Assembly (NCBI GenBank): GCA_045540495.1
Contig: JAZQHH010000139.1
Span: 16,245-80,244, forward strand
Source of the DNA: Faecousia sp.
GTDB taxonomy: Bacteria; Bacillota; Clostridia; Oscillospirales; Oscillospiraceae
Direction: 5' to 3'
DNA: 64,000 nt
The notes beneath the pieces are model-generated. The model was not told the DNA's origin, made no database searches, and saw only the letters and a list, made by a program, of their open reading frames with translations. This document shows, one piece after another, positions 11,770-20,116 of this stretch (position 1 is its first letter; each line of letters opens with the position of its first letter). The position numbers and the translations under genes are program-made.

Positions 11770-13587
11770 ATGACCTTTGACGAATTAAAGGATAAAGCCC
11801 TGAGCCTTCCTTACGCCCCCGGAGTCTATATTATGCGGGACAAGACCGACAAGGTCATTTATGTGGGCAAGGCCAAAAAATTGAAAAACCGGGTCAGCCA
11901 GTATTTTCAGGATACCGCTTCCCACACCCCCAAGACCCGCATCATGGTCAGTAAAATCGACCATTTTGATGTAATCGTCGCCGCTTCGGAATTTGAGGCC
12001 CTGGTGCTGGAATGTTCGCTGATTAAGCGGTACCTGCCGAAATATAATATTCTCCTGAAGGATGATAAGGGCTATCCCTATCTGCGGCTGAATATGAAGG
12101 AAGCCTACCCAAAAATCACCCTGGTCAGCAAGCTTGGCGACGACGGCGCCAATTATTATGGCCCCTACGGCAGCCGCGGCGTGACCCACGATGTGATGGA
12201 GGCTCTGCGGCAAACTCTTCGGCTGCCGGATTGCAACAAACAGTTTCCCCGGGATATCGGTAAGGATCGTCCATGCCTCAACTACCATATGGGCCAATGC
12301 GACGGCTGGTGCCAGCCCAATCGGGGCTACGCCGAGTATCGCAGCCGTATGGAACAGGCCAAGCGGCTCCTGTCCGGGGATTATAAAGCGGTGGCGGAGG
12401 ATATCCGGCAGCAGATGCTGACCGCGGCGGAAAAGTTGGAGTTTGAGCTGGCAGCCAGCCTCCGGGACCGACTGAACGCAGTGGAAAATTTGGGCCAGAA
12501 ACAGCTGGTTACCGCCGGTTCTTTGGCGGATACGGATGTTATCGGCTATGCTGAAACAGAGGCCAAGGCCTGCTTTGCGGTGCTGCATTTCTCCGGCGGC
12601 AATTTGCTGGATAAGGATTATGAGGTAATCCCCGTGCCGGAGGATAAGGAGGCTGCCGTCTCAAGCCTGTTGAAGCAATATTATTTAAGTCGCGGTTTGG
12701 CCCCAAAAATCGTGCTGCTTCCCTTCGAAATTGAGGATAGTGAGCTGTTTGGTCAGCTTTTGGAGCAGCAATTCGGCCGAAAAACCCGGTTGAAGGTGCC
12801 CCAGCGCGGGGATAATGTACGACTGGTGGAGCTGACAGTGAAAAACGCCTTCGAAGAAGCCCAGCGGGTCACCAGTAAGGAAGAAAAAATTTCCGGTACA
12901 TTGATCCTTTTAGGAAAAATGTTGGCCATAGACCCGCCAAAACGCATCGAATCCTTTGATATTTCCAACATTTCCGGCACAGATATTGTGGCCAGTATGG
13001 TGGTCTTTCAGGACGGAAAACCCCGAAAAAGTGATTATAAGCGGTTCAAAGTGGAAGGACTGCAGGACCAGGACGACTACGCCTCCATGCGTCAGGTAGT
13101 CAAGAGGCGGTTTAGCCATTACCTGGCGGGGGATAAGGGCTTTGCGGAGGCTCCGGATTTGCTGCTGATTGATGGCGGCATCGCCCACGCCAATACCGCC
13201 GTAATGGCCCTGGAGGAGCTTGGACTGCGGCTGAATGTTTTTGGTATGGTCAAGGATGACCGGCACCGCACCAGGGCTCTGGTGACTCCGGAAGGGGAGG
13301 AAATCGGCATCGACGGCAATCAGACGGTGTTTTCGTTGATTGGAAACATTCAGGAGGAGACTCACCGCTTTGCCATCACCTACCACCGTCAGCTTCGCAG
13401 CAAGCGTCTGCGGTATTCCGAGCTGGATTCCATCCCCGGCATCGGCCCCAAGCGCAAGCAGGAGCTGCTGAAAACCTTCAAATCTCTCACCGCCATTGGA
13501 CAGGCTACACTGCCGGAGCTGGAGAGGCTGCTGCCCAAGGACGCAGCCCTGGCGGTTTACGAACACTTCCGTAAAAAGGAGGAATAA
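11770..13587 (+). CDS. uvrC: Excinuclease ABC subunit C
   Basis: GIY-YIG N-terminus (PGVY...IYVGKAK.L..RV..YF), UVR coiled coil, RNaseH-like domain (FDISN, DDY, LIDGG), C-terminal HhH. Confidence 0.97.
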   Translation: MTFDELKDKALSLPYAPGVYIMRDKTDKVIYVGKAKKLKNRVSQYFQDTASHTPKTRIMVSKIDHFDVIVAASEFEALVLECSLIKRYLPKYNILLKDDKGYPYLRLNMKEAYPKITLVSKLGDDGANYYGPYGSRGVTHDVMEALRQTLRLPDCNKQFPRDIGKDRPCLNYHMGQCDGWCQPNRGYAEYRSRMEQAKRLLSGDYKAVAEDIRQQMLTAAEKLEFELAASLRDRLNAVENLGQKQLVTAGSLADTDVIGYAETEAKACFAVLHFSGGNLLDKDYEVIPVPEDKEAAVSSLLKQYYLSRGLAPKIVLLPFEIEDSELFGQLLEQQFGRKTRLKVPQRGDNVRLVELTVKNAFEEAQRVTSKEEKISGTLILLGKMLAIDPPKRIESFDISNISGTDIVASMVVFQDGKPRKSDYKRFKVEGLQDQDDYASMRQVVKRRFSHYLAGDKGFAEAPDLLLIDGGIAHANTAVMALEELGLRLNVFGMVKDDRHRTRALVTPEGEEIGIDGNQTVFSLIGNIQEETHRFAITYHRQLRSKRLRYSELDSIPGIGPKRKQELLKTFKSLTAIGQATLPELERLLPKDAALAVYEHFRKKEE

Positions 13588-13589
13588 CC

Positions 13590-14144
13590 ATGCGTGTCAT
13601 CACCGGAAAGGCCAGGGGAGTGGCCCTGAAAACTCCTGACGGAATGCAGACCCGTCCCACCACCGACCGGGTGAAGGAAGCGCTGTTCAGCATCATTCAA
13701 TTTGATTTGCCCGGCGCCATGGTTCTGGATCTGTTTGGCGGCACCGGCCAGCTTGGCATTGAAGCGCTCAGCCGTGGGGCGAAAAAAGCAGTTTTCGTGG
13801 ACGAACGGGAGGATGCCTGTCGCCTGATTAAGGAAAATCTGCGGCGCACCAAGCTGGAATCCGAGGCCCTCGTTGTGCGTTCGGACTATCTTTCTTACCT
13901 GAGCCGCTGCCGGGAGCAGTTTGATATTATTCTGTTAGACCCCCCATACGCAGAAGTTTTTCTAGAAAATTCACTAAAACGCATCACGGAAATTGACATT
14001 TTGCGAGATGGTGGTATAATAGTTGCAGAACGCCCGTTGGGGAAGGACTTGCCATGGACTTTTTCGGGATATACCCGGTCCAAGGATTATAAATACGGCA
14101 AGACTTTGCTGACCCTTTATCGAAAGGATTCGGCCGATTTGTAA
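13590..14144 (+). CDS. rsmD: 16S rRNA m2G966 methyltransferase
   Basis: MRVITG, TRPTTDRVKEALF, LDLFGGTG, DPPY. Confidence 0.95.
   Translation: MRVITGKARGVALKTPDGMQTRPTTDRVKEALFSIIQFDLPGAMVLDLFGGTGQLGIEALSRGAKKAVFVDEREDACRLIKENLRRTKLESEALVVRSDYLSYLSRCREQFDIILLDPPYAEVFLENSLKRITEIDILRDGGIIVAERPLGKDLPWTFSGYTRSKDYKYGKTLLTLYRKDSADL
13993..14020 (+). promoter_or_regulatory. Consensus sigA promoter inside rsmD
   Basis: TTGACA-16 nt-TATAAT with extended -10 (TGG TATAAT). Confidence 0.65.
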
Positions 14145-14167
14145 ATTACGTCAAGGAGGAATTCCAA

Positions 14168-14671
14168 ATGAACGAGAAACATATTGAAGATTTGATTACT
14201 ACCCTGTACGATATGGTGCAGGATGCCCGGTCCATGCCTCTGTCTTCCGACAAGTGCATCCTGGAGCGGGATAAGGTGCTGGATATGCTGGATGAGATCA
14301 TCGCCCAGCTCCCCGCCGAGCTGAAGCAGTCCCGTACCATCGTGGAGAGCCGCAGCGAACTGATTGGCCAGGCTCGCCGGGAAGCAGAGAATATCATCAA
14401 GAAGGCCCAGGAGGATGCGGAGCATCTGGTGTCCAAGGAGCCCATCTTTGAGGAAGCCAAGCGCCGCTGCGCCGATATGGTTGCCCAGACCCAGGCTCAG
14501 ATTGCCGGTCTGCGGAAGGTCAGCAATGAGTACATGGACAACGCCCTGCTGCAAACCCAGAAGGCCATTGAGCAGTCCCTGAAGGATGTTGAGGAGACCC
14601 GTGCCAAGTTTAATCAGCTTGCCGCCGCTCAGATGCAGAAGGATGCCGCCGCCCTGGAGGGCAAGGGCTAA
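14168..14671 (+). CDS. Coiled-coil protein (SepIVA/DivIVA-like; often annotated as ATPase subunit B/H-like)
   Basis: A..MPLS.KC...R...L....LP.EL..... N-terminus followed by coiled coil; family normally found after rsmD-coaD. Confidence 0.75.
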   Translation: MNEKHIEDLITTLYDMVQDARSMPLSSDKCILERDKVLDMLDEIIAQLPAELKQSRTIVESRSELIGQARREAENIIKKAQEDAEHLVSKEPIFEEAKRRCADMVAQTQAQIAGLRKVSNEYMDNALLQTQKAIEQSLKDVEETRAKFNQLAAAQMQKDAAALEGKG

Positions 14672-14681
14672 TAAATGTCAC

Positions 14682-14717
14682 AAACAGCTCAAAAGCCCAA
14701 CTTTTGAGCTGTTTTTT
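14682..14717 (+). terminator. Rho-independent terminator
   Basis: AAACAGCTCAAAAG-CCCAA-CTTTTGAGCTGTTT plus T run. Confidence 0.75.
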
Positions 14718-14736
14718 AGAATGGAGGATTTACGAA

Positions 14737-16434
14737 ATGAATTATATGGAACGCTATGAGTTCTGGTGCAATGCCGATTTGCCTGCCGATGTGAAGGCGG
14801 AGTTGGCTGCCATTCGAGAGGATGCCGAGGAACTGAAGGGCCGCTTCGGCAGCGACCTGCAGTTCGGCACCGCCGGTATGCGTGGCATCATGGGCGCCGG
14901 CAGCAACCGGCTGAACCGCTACACCGTTCGCCGTGCCGCTCAGGGCATGGCCGCCTGGCTGGCTTCCACCGACCTGCCCAAGAAGGCCGCCATTGGCTAC
15001 GATTCCCGGCACAATTCTCAGCTTTTTGCGGAGGTCTGCGCGGTGGCCTTCGCGGAGGCAGGCATTGAAACCTGGCTCTACGATCGCCTGGCACCCACTC
15101 CTATGCTGTCCTTTGCTGTCCGCCAGCTGGGCTGCGGTTGCGGTATTGTCATTTCCGCCAGCCATAATGCCGGCGCCTACAACGGTGTGAAGTGCTATGG
15201 TCCCGACGGCTGCCAGATGACTGACGAGCCTGCCGCCATTGTCACCGAGAAGATCAGCACCATTCCTTTCTTCGTCCCCGAAACCAAGTCCTTTGATGCC
15301 TACATGGCAGAGGGCCTGATTTCCTACATCGGCCAGGACCTGTGGGAGAAGTATTACGAAACCGTGCTGAATGAGGCTGTGGACCCCGAAATGCTGAAAG
15401 CTGCCGGCCTGAATATTGTCTACACCCCCCTGTGCGGCACCGGCATGGAGCCTGTCCATGCGGTCCTGGGCAAGCTGGGCGTGAATATCACCACCGTGGA
15501 ATGCCAGGCCAAGCCCGATGGTGATTTCAAGACCTGTGAATACCCCAACCCCGAGACGGATGCCGCGCTGAACGAGAGCTACAAGGTGGCTCGCACCGCT
15601 CCCTGCGATGTGATTCTGGGCACCGACCCGGATGCTGACCGCGTGGCCATCGCCGTGCCTGATGGTAAGGGCGGCTTCGTGAAGCTCTCCGGCAACGAGC
15701 TGGGCTTCATGCTGCTGGATTACGTTCTAAAGGCCCGCACCGCCAAGAATGATATCCCCGAGGGTGCCATTACCGTCCGTTCCATCGTTTCTTCCCCTCT
15801 GGCTGACCGAATCGCTGCCCACTATGGCGTGACCATGAAGGCAGTCCTTACGGGCTTTAAGTACATCGGCGGTGAGATCCTGGAGCTGGAGAACAAGGGC
15901 GAGGAATACAAGTTCATGTTCGGCTTTGAGGAGAGCTGCGGCTACCTGAAGGGCACTTACGCCCGGGATAAGGATGCTATCGTGGCCTCCATGCTGGTCT
16001 GCGAGCTGGCAGCCAGCCTGAAGAACCAGGGCAAGAACATTCTGGATGCCCTGGAGGACGTTTATAAGAAGTATGGCTTCTACCTGGCCCATGTCCAGAG
16101 CATCGAGCTGACTGGCGCTGACGCTATGGAGAAGGCTGCCAAGATGATGGCTAATCTCCGGGCCCAGGTGCCTGCCTCCATCGGCGGCGCTGCCGTTACC
16201 GGTGTCCGGGATTATAAGGCCAGCGTTGCTAAGAATCTGGCTACCGGCGAAGAAGCTGTCATCAACCTGCCGAAGTCCAATGTTCTGGAATTCCTGCTGG
16301 GCGATAAGGGCAGTGTCATTGCCCGTCCCTCCGGCACCGAGCCCAAGGTCAAGTTCTACTACACCGCCGTTGGCGAAACCAAAGCGGCTGCCAAGGCCCT
16401 TCTGGACGCCATGGTGGCCCAGATGTCCGTCTAA
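14737..16434 (+). CDS. pgm: Phosphoglucomutase/phosphomannomutase
   Basis: FGTAGMRG, SASHN catalytic Ser, DPDADR metal loop, GFEES, RPSGTEPK. Confidence 0.93.
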   Translation: MNYMERYEFWCNADLPADVKAELAAIREDAEELKGRFGSDLQFGTAGMRGIMGAGSNRLNRYTVRRAAQGMAAWLASTDLPKKAAIGYDSRHNSQLFAEVCAVAFAEAGIETWLYDRLAPTPMLSFAVRQLGCGCGIVISASHNAGAYNGVKCYGPDGCQMTDEPAAIVTEKISTIPFFVPETKSFDAYMAEGLISYIGQDLWEKYYETVLNEAVDPEMLKAAGLNIVYTPLCGTGMEPVHAVLGKLGVNITTVECQAKPDGDFKTCEYPNPETDAALNESYKVARTAPCDVILGTDPDADRVAIAVPDGKGGFVKLSGNELGFMLLDYVLKARTAKNDIPEGAITVRSIVSSPLADRIAAHYGVTMKAVLTGFKYIGGEILELENKGEEYKFMFGFEESCGYLKGTYARDKDAIVASMLVCELAASLKNQGKNILDALEDVYKKYGFYLAHVQSIELTGADAMEKAAKMMANLRAQVPASIGGAAVTGVRDYKASVAKNLATGEEAVINLPKSNVLEFLLGDKGSVIARPSGTEPKVKFYYTAVGETKAAAKALLDAMVAQMSV

Positions 16435-16449
16435 TTTAGAATATCGTTT

Positions 16450-16484
16450 ACCGGAGCAGATAAGTGTCTGCTCCGGTTCTTTTT
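16450..16484 (+). terminator. Rho-independent terminator
   Basis: ACCGGAGCAGA-TAAGTG-TCTGCTCCGGT then TCTTTTT. Confidence 0.75.
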
Positions 16485-16526
16485 GTTTCTGGAGTCACAT
16501 AGATTGGAACGAAAGGGGAGAGGAGA

Positions 16527-16955
16527 ATGGTCAAAAACCGGAGAGTCACAGGAAAAGCCATGTCACTGCCTGTGGGCCTTGCGCTGGGAGCGGGGATCAG
16601 CATGATAATCACATTAATAGCCGCCGGTATCCTGGCAGGAATGGTTTTGAAGGGAAGCGTCAGTGAAAATGCCATTGGCTATGGCACAATGGTGATCGTG
16701 CCGATTTCCGCCGCTCTTGGTGCATTGGTGGCCGCTATGGCGGTCAAACACCAATGGGTCATTGTCTGCGCATCGGTGGGGGGGCTGTATTTTGTAATGC
16801 TGCTCAGCATCACCGCACTATTCTTTGGAGGGCAATATTCTGGCGTTGGAATCACTGCCTTACTGATCCTTCTTGGCACTGCCGCAGCTTGTGTCATTGG
16901 CCTGAAAGGGGAGAAAAGAGGTTTCAAACCGCGGAAAAAATACCGCCCTCGTTAA
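16527..16955 (+). CDS. Four-TM membrane protein (TIGR04086-like)
   Basis: Four hydrophobic helices and a basic C-terminal tail; RBS GGGGAGAGGAG; CATAGATT sigE-like -10 upstream. Confidence 0.7.
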   Translation: MVKNRRVTGKAMSLPVGLALGAGISMIITLIAAGILAGMVLKGSVSENAIGYGTMVIVPISAALGALVAAMAVKHQWVIVCASVGGLYFVMLLSITALFFGGQYSGVGITALLILLGTAAACVIGLKGEKRGFKPRKKYRPR

Positions 16956-17024
16956 GTTGTACAAATTCGATGAATCTTTGCGTAAAACAATGATTATTCT
17001 CATGCGCTGCAAGAAAACTTGCAA

Positions 17025-17073
17025 AAACTACATTTAGTGTGATGCAGCGGTGTTTCAGACCTATATATAGATA
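17025..17073. promoter_or_regulatory. Tandem NrdR-box-like sites
   Basis: AAACTACATTTAGTGT (17025-17040) and GACCTATATATAGATA (17058-17073) resemble acaCwAtATaTwGtgt; 33 bp start to start. Confidence 0.45.
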
Positions 17074-17185
17074 AATAGTTGAAAATGATAAAGGCAAATT
17101 CGGTCACAGTTTCTTGGGTCAACATAATCCTGTTGACATAAAATTCGGCATAATTTACAAAATTCTCAATCGTATTCAAAATCTC

Positions 17186-17214
17186 TTGAAAAATAATTGA
17201 TTTTGGAGTATAGT
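17186..17214 (+). promoter_or_regulatory. sigA-type promoter upstream of the spoIIM-like/xerD pair
   Basis: TTGAAA-17 nt-TATAGT in AT-rich context. Confidence 0.55.
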
Positions 17215-17319
17215 ATTGAAGCGATGTGCGTTTGAGGGTCTTTTGCGCCCTTTTTCACATACTCCCGATACGATGCTCCGTTTTCACGGCCGGACTGGTT
17301 GATGGGAGGTCATCGGAGC

Positions 17320-17832
17320 ATGAGCGGCGGCTTTCACTGCAGATTTTGGTACATTGGGCGGAAAGTGACATTACCGTTATTTTCGTTTGTGTGGTGTATA
17401 GGCCTTTTGCTGGGAATGCAAACAGCCCTCCAGTCAGAAGGATTTGCGGCGCTGCTGCGGTATTCGGTCCGCACCGCTCCATCGATTATGGGGCTGCTGT
17501 CAGCTACGATTTGTCCCTTTTTGCTGTCCGGATTGGCTGTCTATTTGTCCGAAACCTGGCTTCTGCTGATGATCGCCGCTGCGAAGGCGTTCAACTTCGG
17601 CTTCATCGCCTGCGGGACGATCCTCGCTTTCGGCGAAGGCAGCTGGCTGGTTCGTTTTTTGTTTCTTTTTTCGGACTATTGTTTGATCCCGCTGTTCTTA
17701 TTATATTGGGTGCGGTGTCTGCAAGGACAGACAGCGCCTTGGGAGCTTCGCATTTATCTGATCATCGCTTTGCTGGTTTGTTTGGCTGATTATTGGGTGA
17801 TTTCACCCTTTTTAGTTTCAATTTTGGGGTAA
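17320..17832 (+). CDS. Membrane protein, probable divergent SpoIIM-like
   Basis: Multi-TM ORF with GGGAGG RBS; position directly before xerD matches spoIIM-xerD synteny. Confidence 0.55.
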   Translation: MSGGFHCRFWYIGRKVTLPLFSFVWCIGLLLGMQTALQSEGFAALLRYSVRTAPSIMGLLSATICPFLLSGLAVYLSETWLLLMIAAAKAFNFGFIACGTILAFGEGSWLVRFLFLFSDYCLIPLFLLYWVRCLQGQTAPWELRIYLIIALLVCLADYWVISPFLVSILG

Positions 17833-17856
17833 GATAGAGGAAAGGTACTGGATTTC

Positions 17857-18735
17857 ATGTTGGATTTGATCTGCGCCTATGAAAATTACCTGTCCAAGGT
17901 AAAGCAGGCATCCTCCAACACGGTTGCTTCCTATATGCGGGATATTCGGCAGTTCGCCGGCTGGCTTCCCAAGGATGTGGCCATTCAGGATGCATCACAA
18001 CTGAATATCAGCGAGTACCTGTCCCATCTGGAGGACGAGGGCCGCTCCGGCGCCACCGTTTCCCGGAGCCTTGCCAGTCTGAAGAATTTCTATGGGTACT
18101 TGGTGTCCTCTGGTTTTGTGGAAAAGACGCCCGTGTTCGATATCCATGTGGACAGGGGAGAGAAGAAGCTCCCTCAGATTCTCACCGGTCACGAAATTGA
18201 GCTGCTGCTGTCCCAACCCTCCAATTTGGATGCTAAGGGCTGCCGGGATAAGGCGATGCTTGAGGTCATGTACGCCACAGGCATTCGGGTCTCCGAATTG
18301 ATTGAGCTGAATGTGGACGATGTGAACCTGGAGCTGGGCATCATCAAATGTGCTGGCGCCAAGAAAACAAGAGCCATTCCGCTGTACCCCGGTGCGCTGC
18401 GGGCGCTGTCCGTTTACCTGCGGGATATCCGGGAAACCATGATTGCCTCCGGCGATGAAACGGCCCTGTTTGTGAACATCAGCGGCGTGCGGATGAGCCG
18501 CCAGGGCTTCTGGAAGATTCTGAAGCACTACCAGTCCACCGCTCACATCGAAAAGGAAATCACGCCTCACACCCTGCGGCACAGCTTTGCGGTGCATCTT
18601 CTGGAAAACGGCGCCGATTTGGGCTCCCTGCAAGAATTGATGGGCCACAGCGACATTTCTTCCACCCAGATGTATACTCACATGGTCAACCAAAAGCTGA
18701 AATCCGTCTATGAAAAATGCCATCCCAAAGCATAA
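17857..18735 (+). CDS. xerD: Tyrosine recombinase XerD (RipX-like)
   Basis: RDKAMLEVMYATGIRVSEL, MSRQGFWKI, PHTLRHSFA.HLLENGADL, LMGH..ISSTQMY. Confidence 0.9.
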   Translation: MLDLICAYENYLSKVKQASSNTVASYMRDIRQFAGWLPKDVAIQDASQLNISEYLSHLEDEGRSGATVSRSLASLKNFYGYLVSSGFVEKTPVFDIHVDRGEKKLPQILTGHEIELLLSQPSNLDAKGCRDKAMLEVMYATGIRVSELIELNVDDVNLELGIIKCAGAKKTRAIPLYPGALRALSVYLRDIRETMIASGDETALFVNISGVRMSRQGFWKILKHYQSTAHIEKEITPHTLRHSFAVHLLENGADLGSLQELMGHSDISSTQMYTHMVNQKLKSVYEKCHPKA

Positions 18736-18766
18736 AAACCGACCTGCGACGTGCAGGTCGGTTTTT
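18734..18766. terminator. Bidirectional terminator between xerD and pfkA
   Basis: AAAAACCGACCTGC-GACGT-GCAGGTCGGTTTTT. Confidence 0.75.
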
Positions 18767-18824
18767 GCATAAAAAACTGCCAGTCCCAAAGGAACTGGCA
18801 GCGTATAGATAGGGGAGAGGGGAA

Positions 18825-19796
18825 TCAGATACCGGTCATGGCCCGCAAAACGTCCACTTCCATCTTCTGAATGCCCTTCTTCATGTCGAGGCCTTCGTCC
18901 ATATCCACATCGGTAAATCCGCCGTCGTGGGTGCAGACAATGCGGTTGGTCTTGCCCGCCAGCAGCAGCTCCACGGCCAGATAACCCATCTTGGTGGCGT
19001 TGACACGGTCACGGGCATTGGGTACGCCGCCACGCTGAATGTGACCCAGAACCGTCACGCGGGGGTCCAAATCAATGGCTTCCTTGATTTTGGCGGCGAT
19101 ATCATTGGCAGAACCGGCGCCCTCGGCCACAACGATCATGTAATGGGTAAAGCCATTGAACCGGGCCTGACGAATCTTTTCAATCACATCCCGCTCAAAA
19201 TCGATTTCCTCTTCGGGAACCAGGACAGCGGTAGCGCCCACAGCCAGGCCCACATACATAGCCAGATAGCCGGCGTTGCGGCCCATGACCTCAACCACGG
19301 AGCAACGCTCGTGGGATTGCATGGTGTCCCGCAGCTTATCGATGCACTGAATGGCGGTATTGGCCGCGGTATCGAAGCCGATGCAGTAGTGGGTGCAGCT
19401 GATATCGTTGTCGATGGTGCCGGGGATGCCGATGACATTGATACCATACTTGGAGAGGGCCCGGGCACCCCGGAAGGTACCGTCACCGCCGATGGCAATG
19501 ATGCTGTCCAGCCCCAGGAATTTGCAGGTGGAGACAGCCTTGCGCTGGCCTTCTTCGGTCATAAATTCCTTGCTGCGGGCAGTATAGAGAATGGTACCGC
19601 CACGGTTGATGGTATGGGAAACGCTCTTTTCGTCCAGACGAATGATATCGCCGGTAATCAGACCGTTCCAACCACGGCGAATGCCATAGCACTCCACGCC
19701 ATGGTACAGGGCAGTACGGACAACCGCCCGGACACAGGGATTCATACCCGGCGCATCGCCGCCGCTGGTAAGAACGCCAATACGTTTAACACTCAT
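18825..19796 (-). CDS. pfkA: 6-phosphofructokinase
   Basis: LTSGGDAPGMN, GGDGT, PGTIDND, EVMGR, LGHIQRGG. Confidence 0.97.
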   Translation of the reverse strand: MSVKRIGVLTSGGDAPGMNPCVRAVVRTALYHGVECYGIRRGWNGLITGDIIRLDEKSVSHTINRGGTILYTARSKEFMTEEGQRKAVSTCKFLGLDSIIAIGGDGTFRGARALSKYGINVIGIPGTIDNDISCTHYCIGFDTAANTAIQCIDKLRDTMQSHERCSVVEVMGRNAGYLAMYVGLAVGATAVLVPEEEIDFERDVIEKIRQARFNGFTHYMIVVAEGAGSANDIAAKIKEAIDLDPRVTVLGHIQRGGVPNARDRVNATKMGYLAVELLLAGKTNRIVCTHDGGFTDVDMDEGLDMKKGIQKMEVDVLRAMTGI

Positions 19797-19974
19797 GATA
19801 AATTCCTCCTGACAGAATGTATCAGTTTTTTACCTTCCTATTGTACCGCCAAAGGGAGAAAAAGTAAAGTAGAATTTCACAAATATCCGGTTGAATTTCA
19901 GAAAAATAACACCATTGTGAACAAAAACAAGACTGAACGTAACCCTGCCGATTCTTAAGGAAGAGGGAAGCCGC

Positions 19975-20003
19975 TTGACTTTTTGAGGGAATAGTGATAT
20001 ACT
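19975..20003 (+). promoter_or_regulatory. sigA promoter of the XerS-like recombinase
   Basis: TTGACT-17 nt-TATACT with extended TG. Confidence 0.7.
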
Positions 20004-20015
20004 GTAAACGCAACG

Positions 20016-20045
20016 AACGCAACAAAATAAAAATTTTGTTGCGTT
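20016..20045. other. Candidate dif-like chromosome dimer resolution site / recombinase operator
   Basis: AACGCAACAAAAT-AAAA-ATTTTGTTGCGTT, a perfect inverted repeat just upstream of a Xer-family gene at the gene-orientation switch. Confidence 0.6.
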
Positions 20046-20116
20046 AGATGTGGTTCAATACTATAAAATTGTCCTACAAGGCCCCAGTTGGGGTGAAATT
20101 GGGTTTGGAGGTTCTT

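Noticed and set aside
11345-11770. LexA (GAAC-N4-GTTC) boxes upstream of uvrC
   Set aside because: Only degenerate matches found (e.g. GAATATTTGTTG); not supportable.
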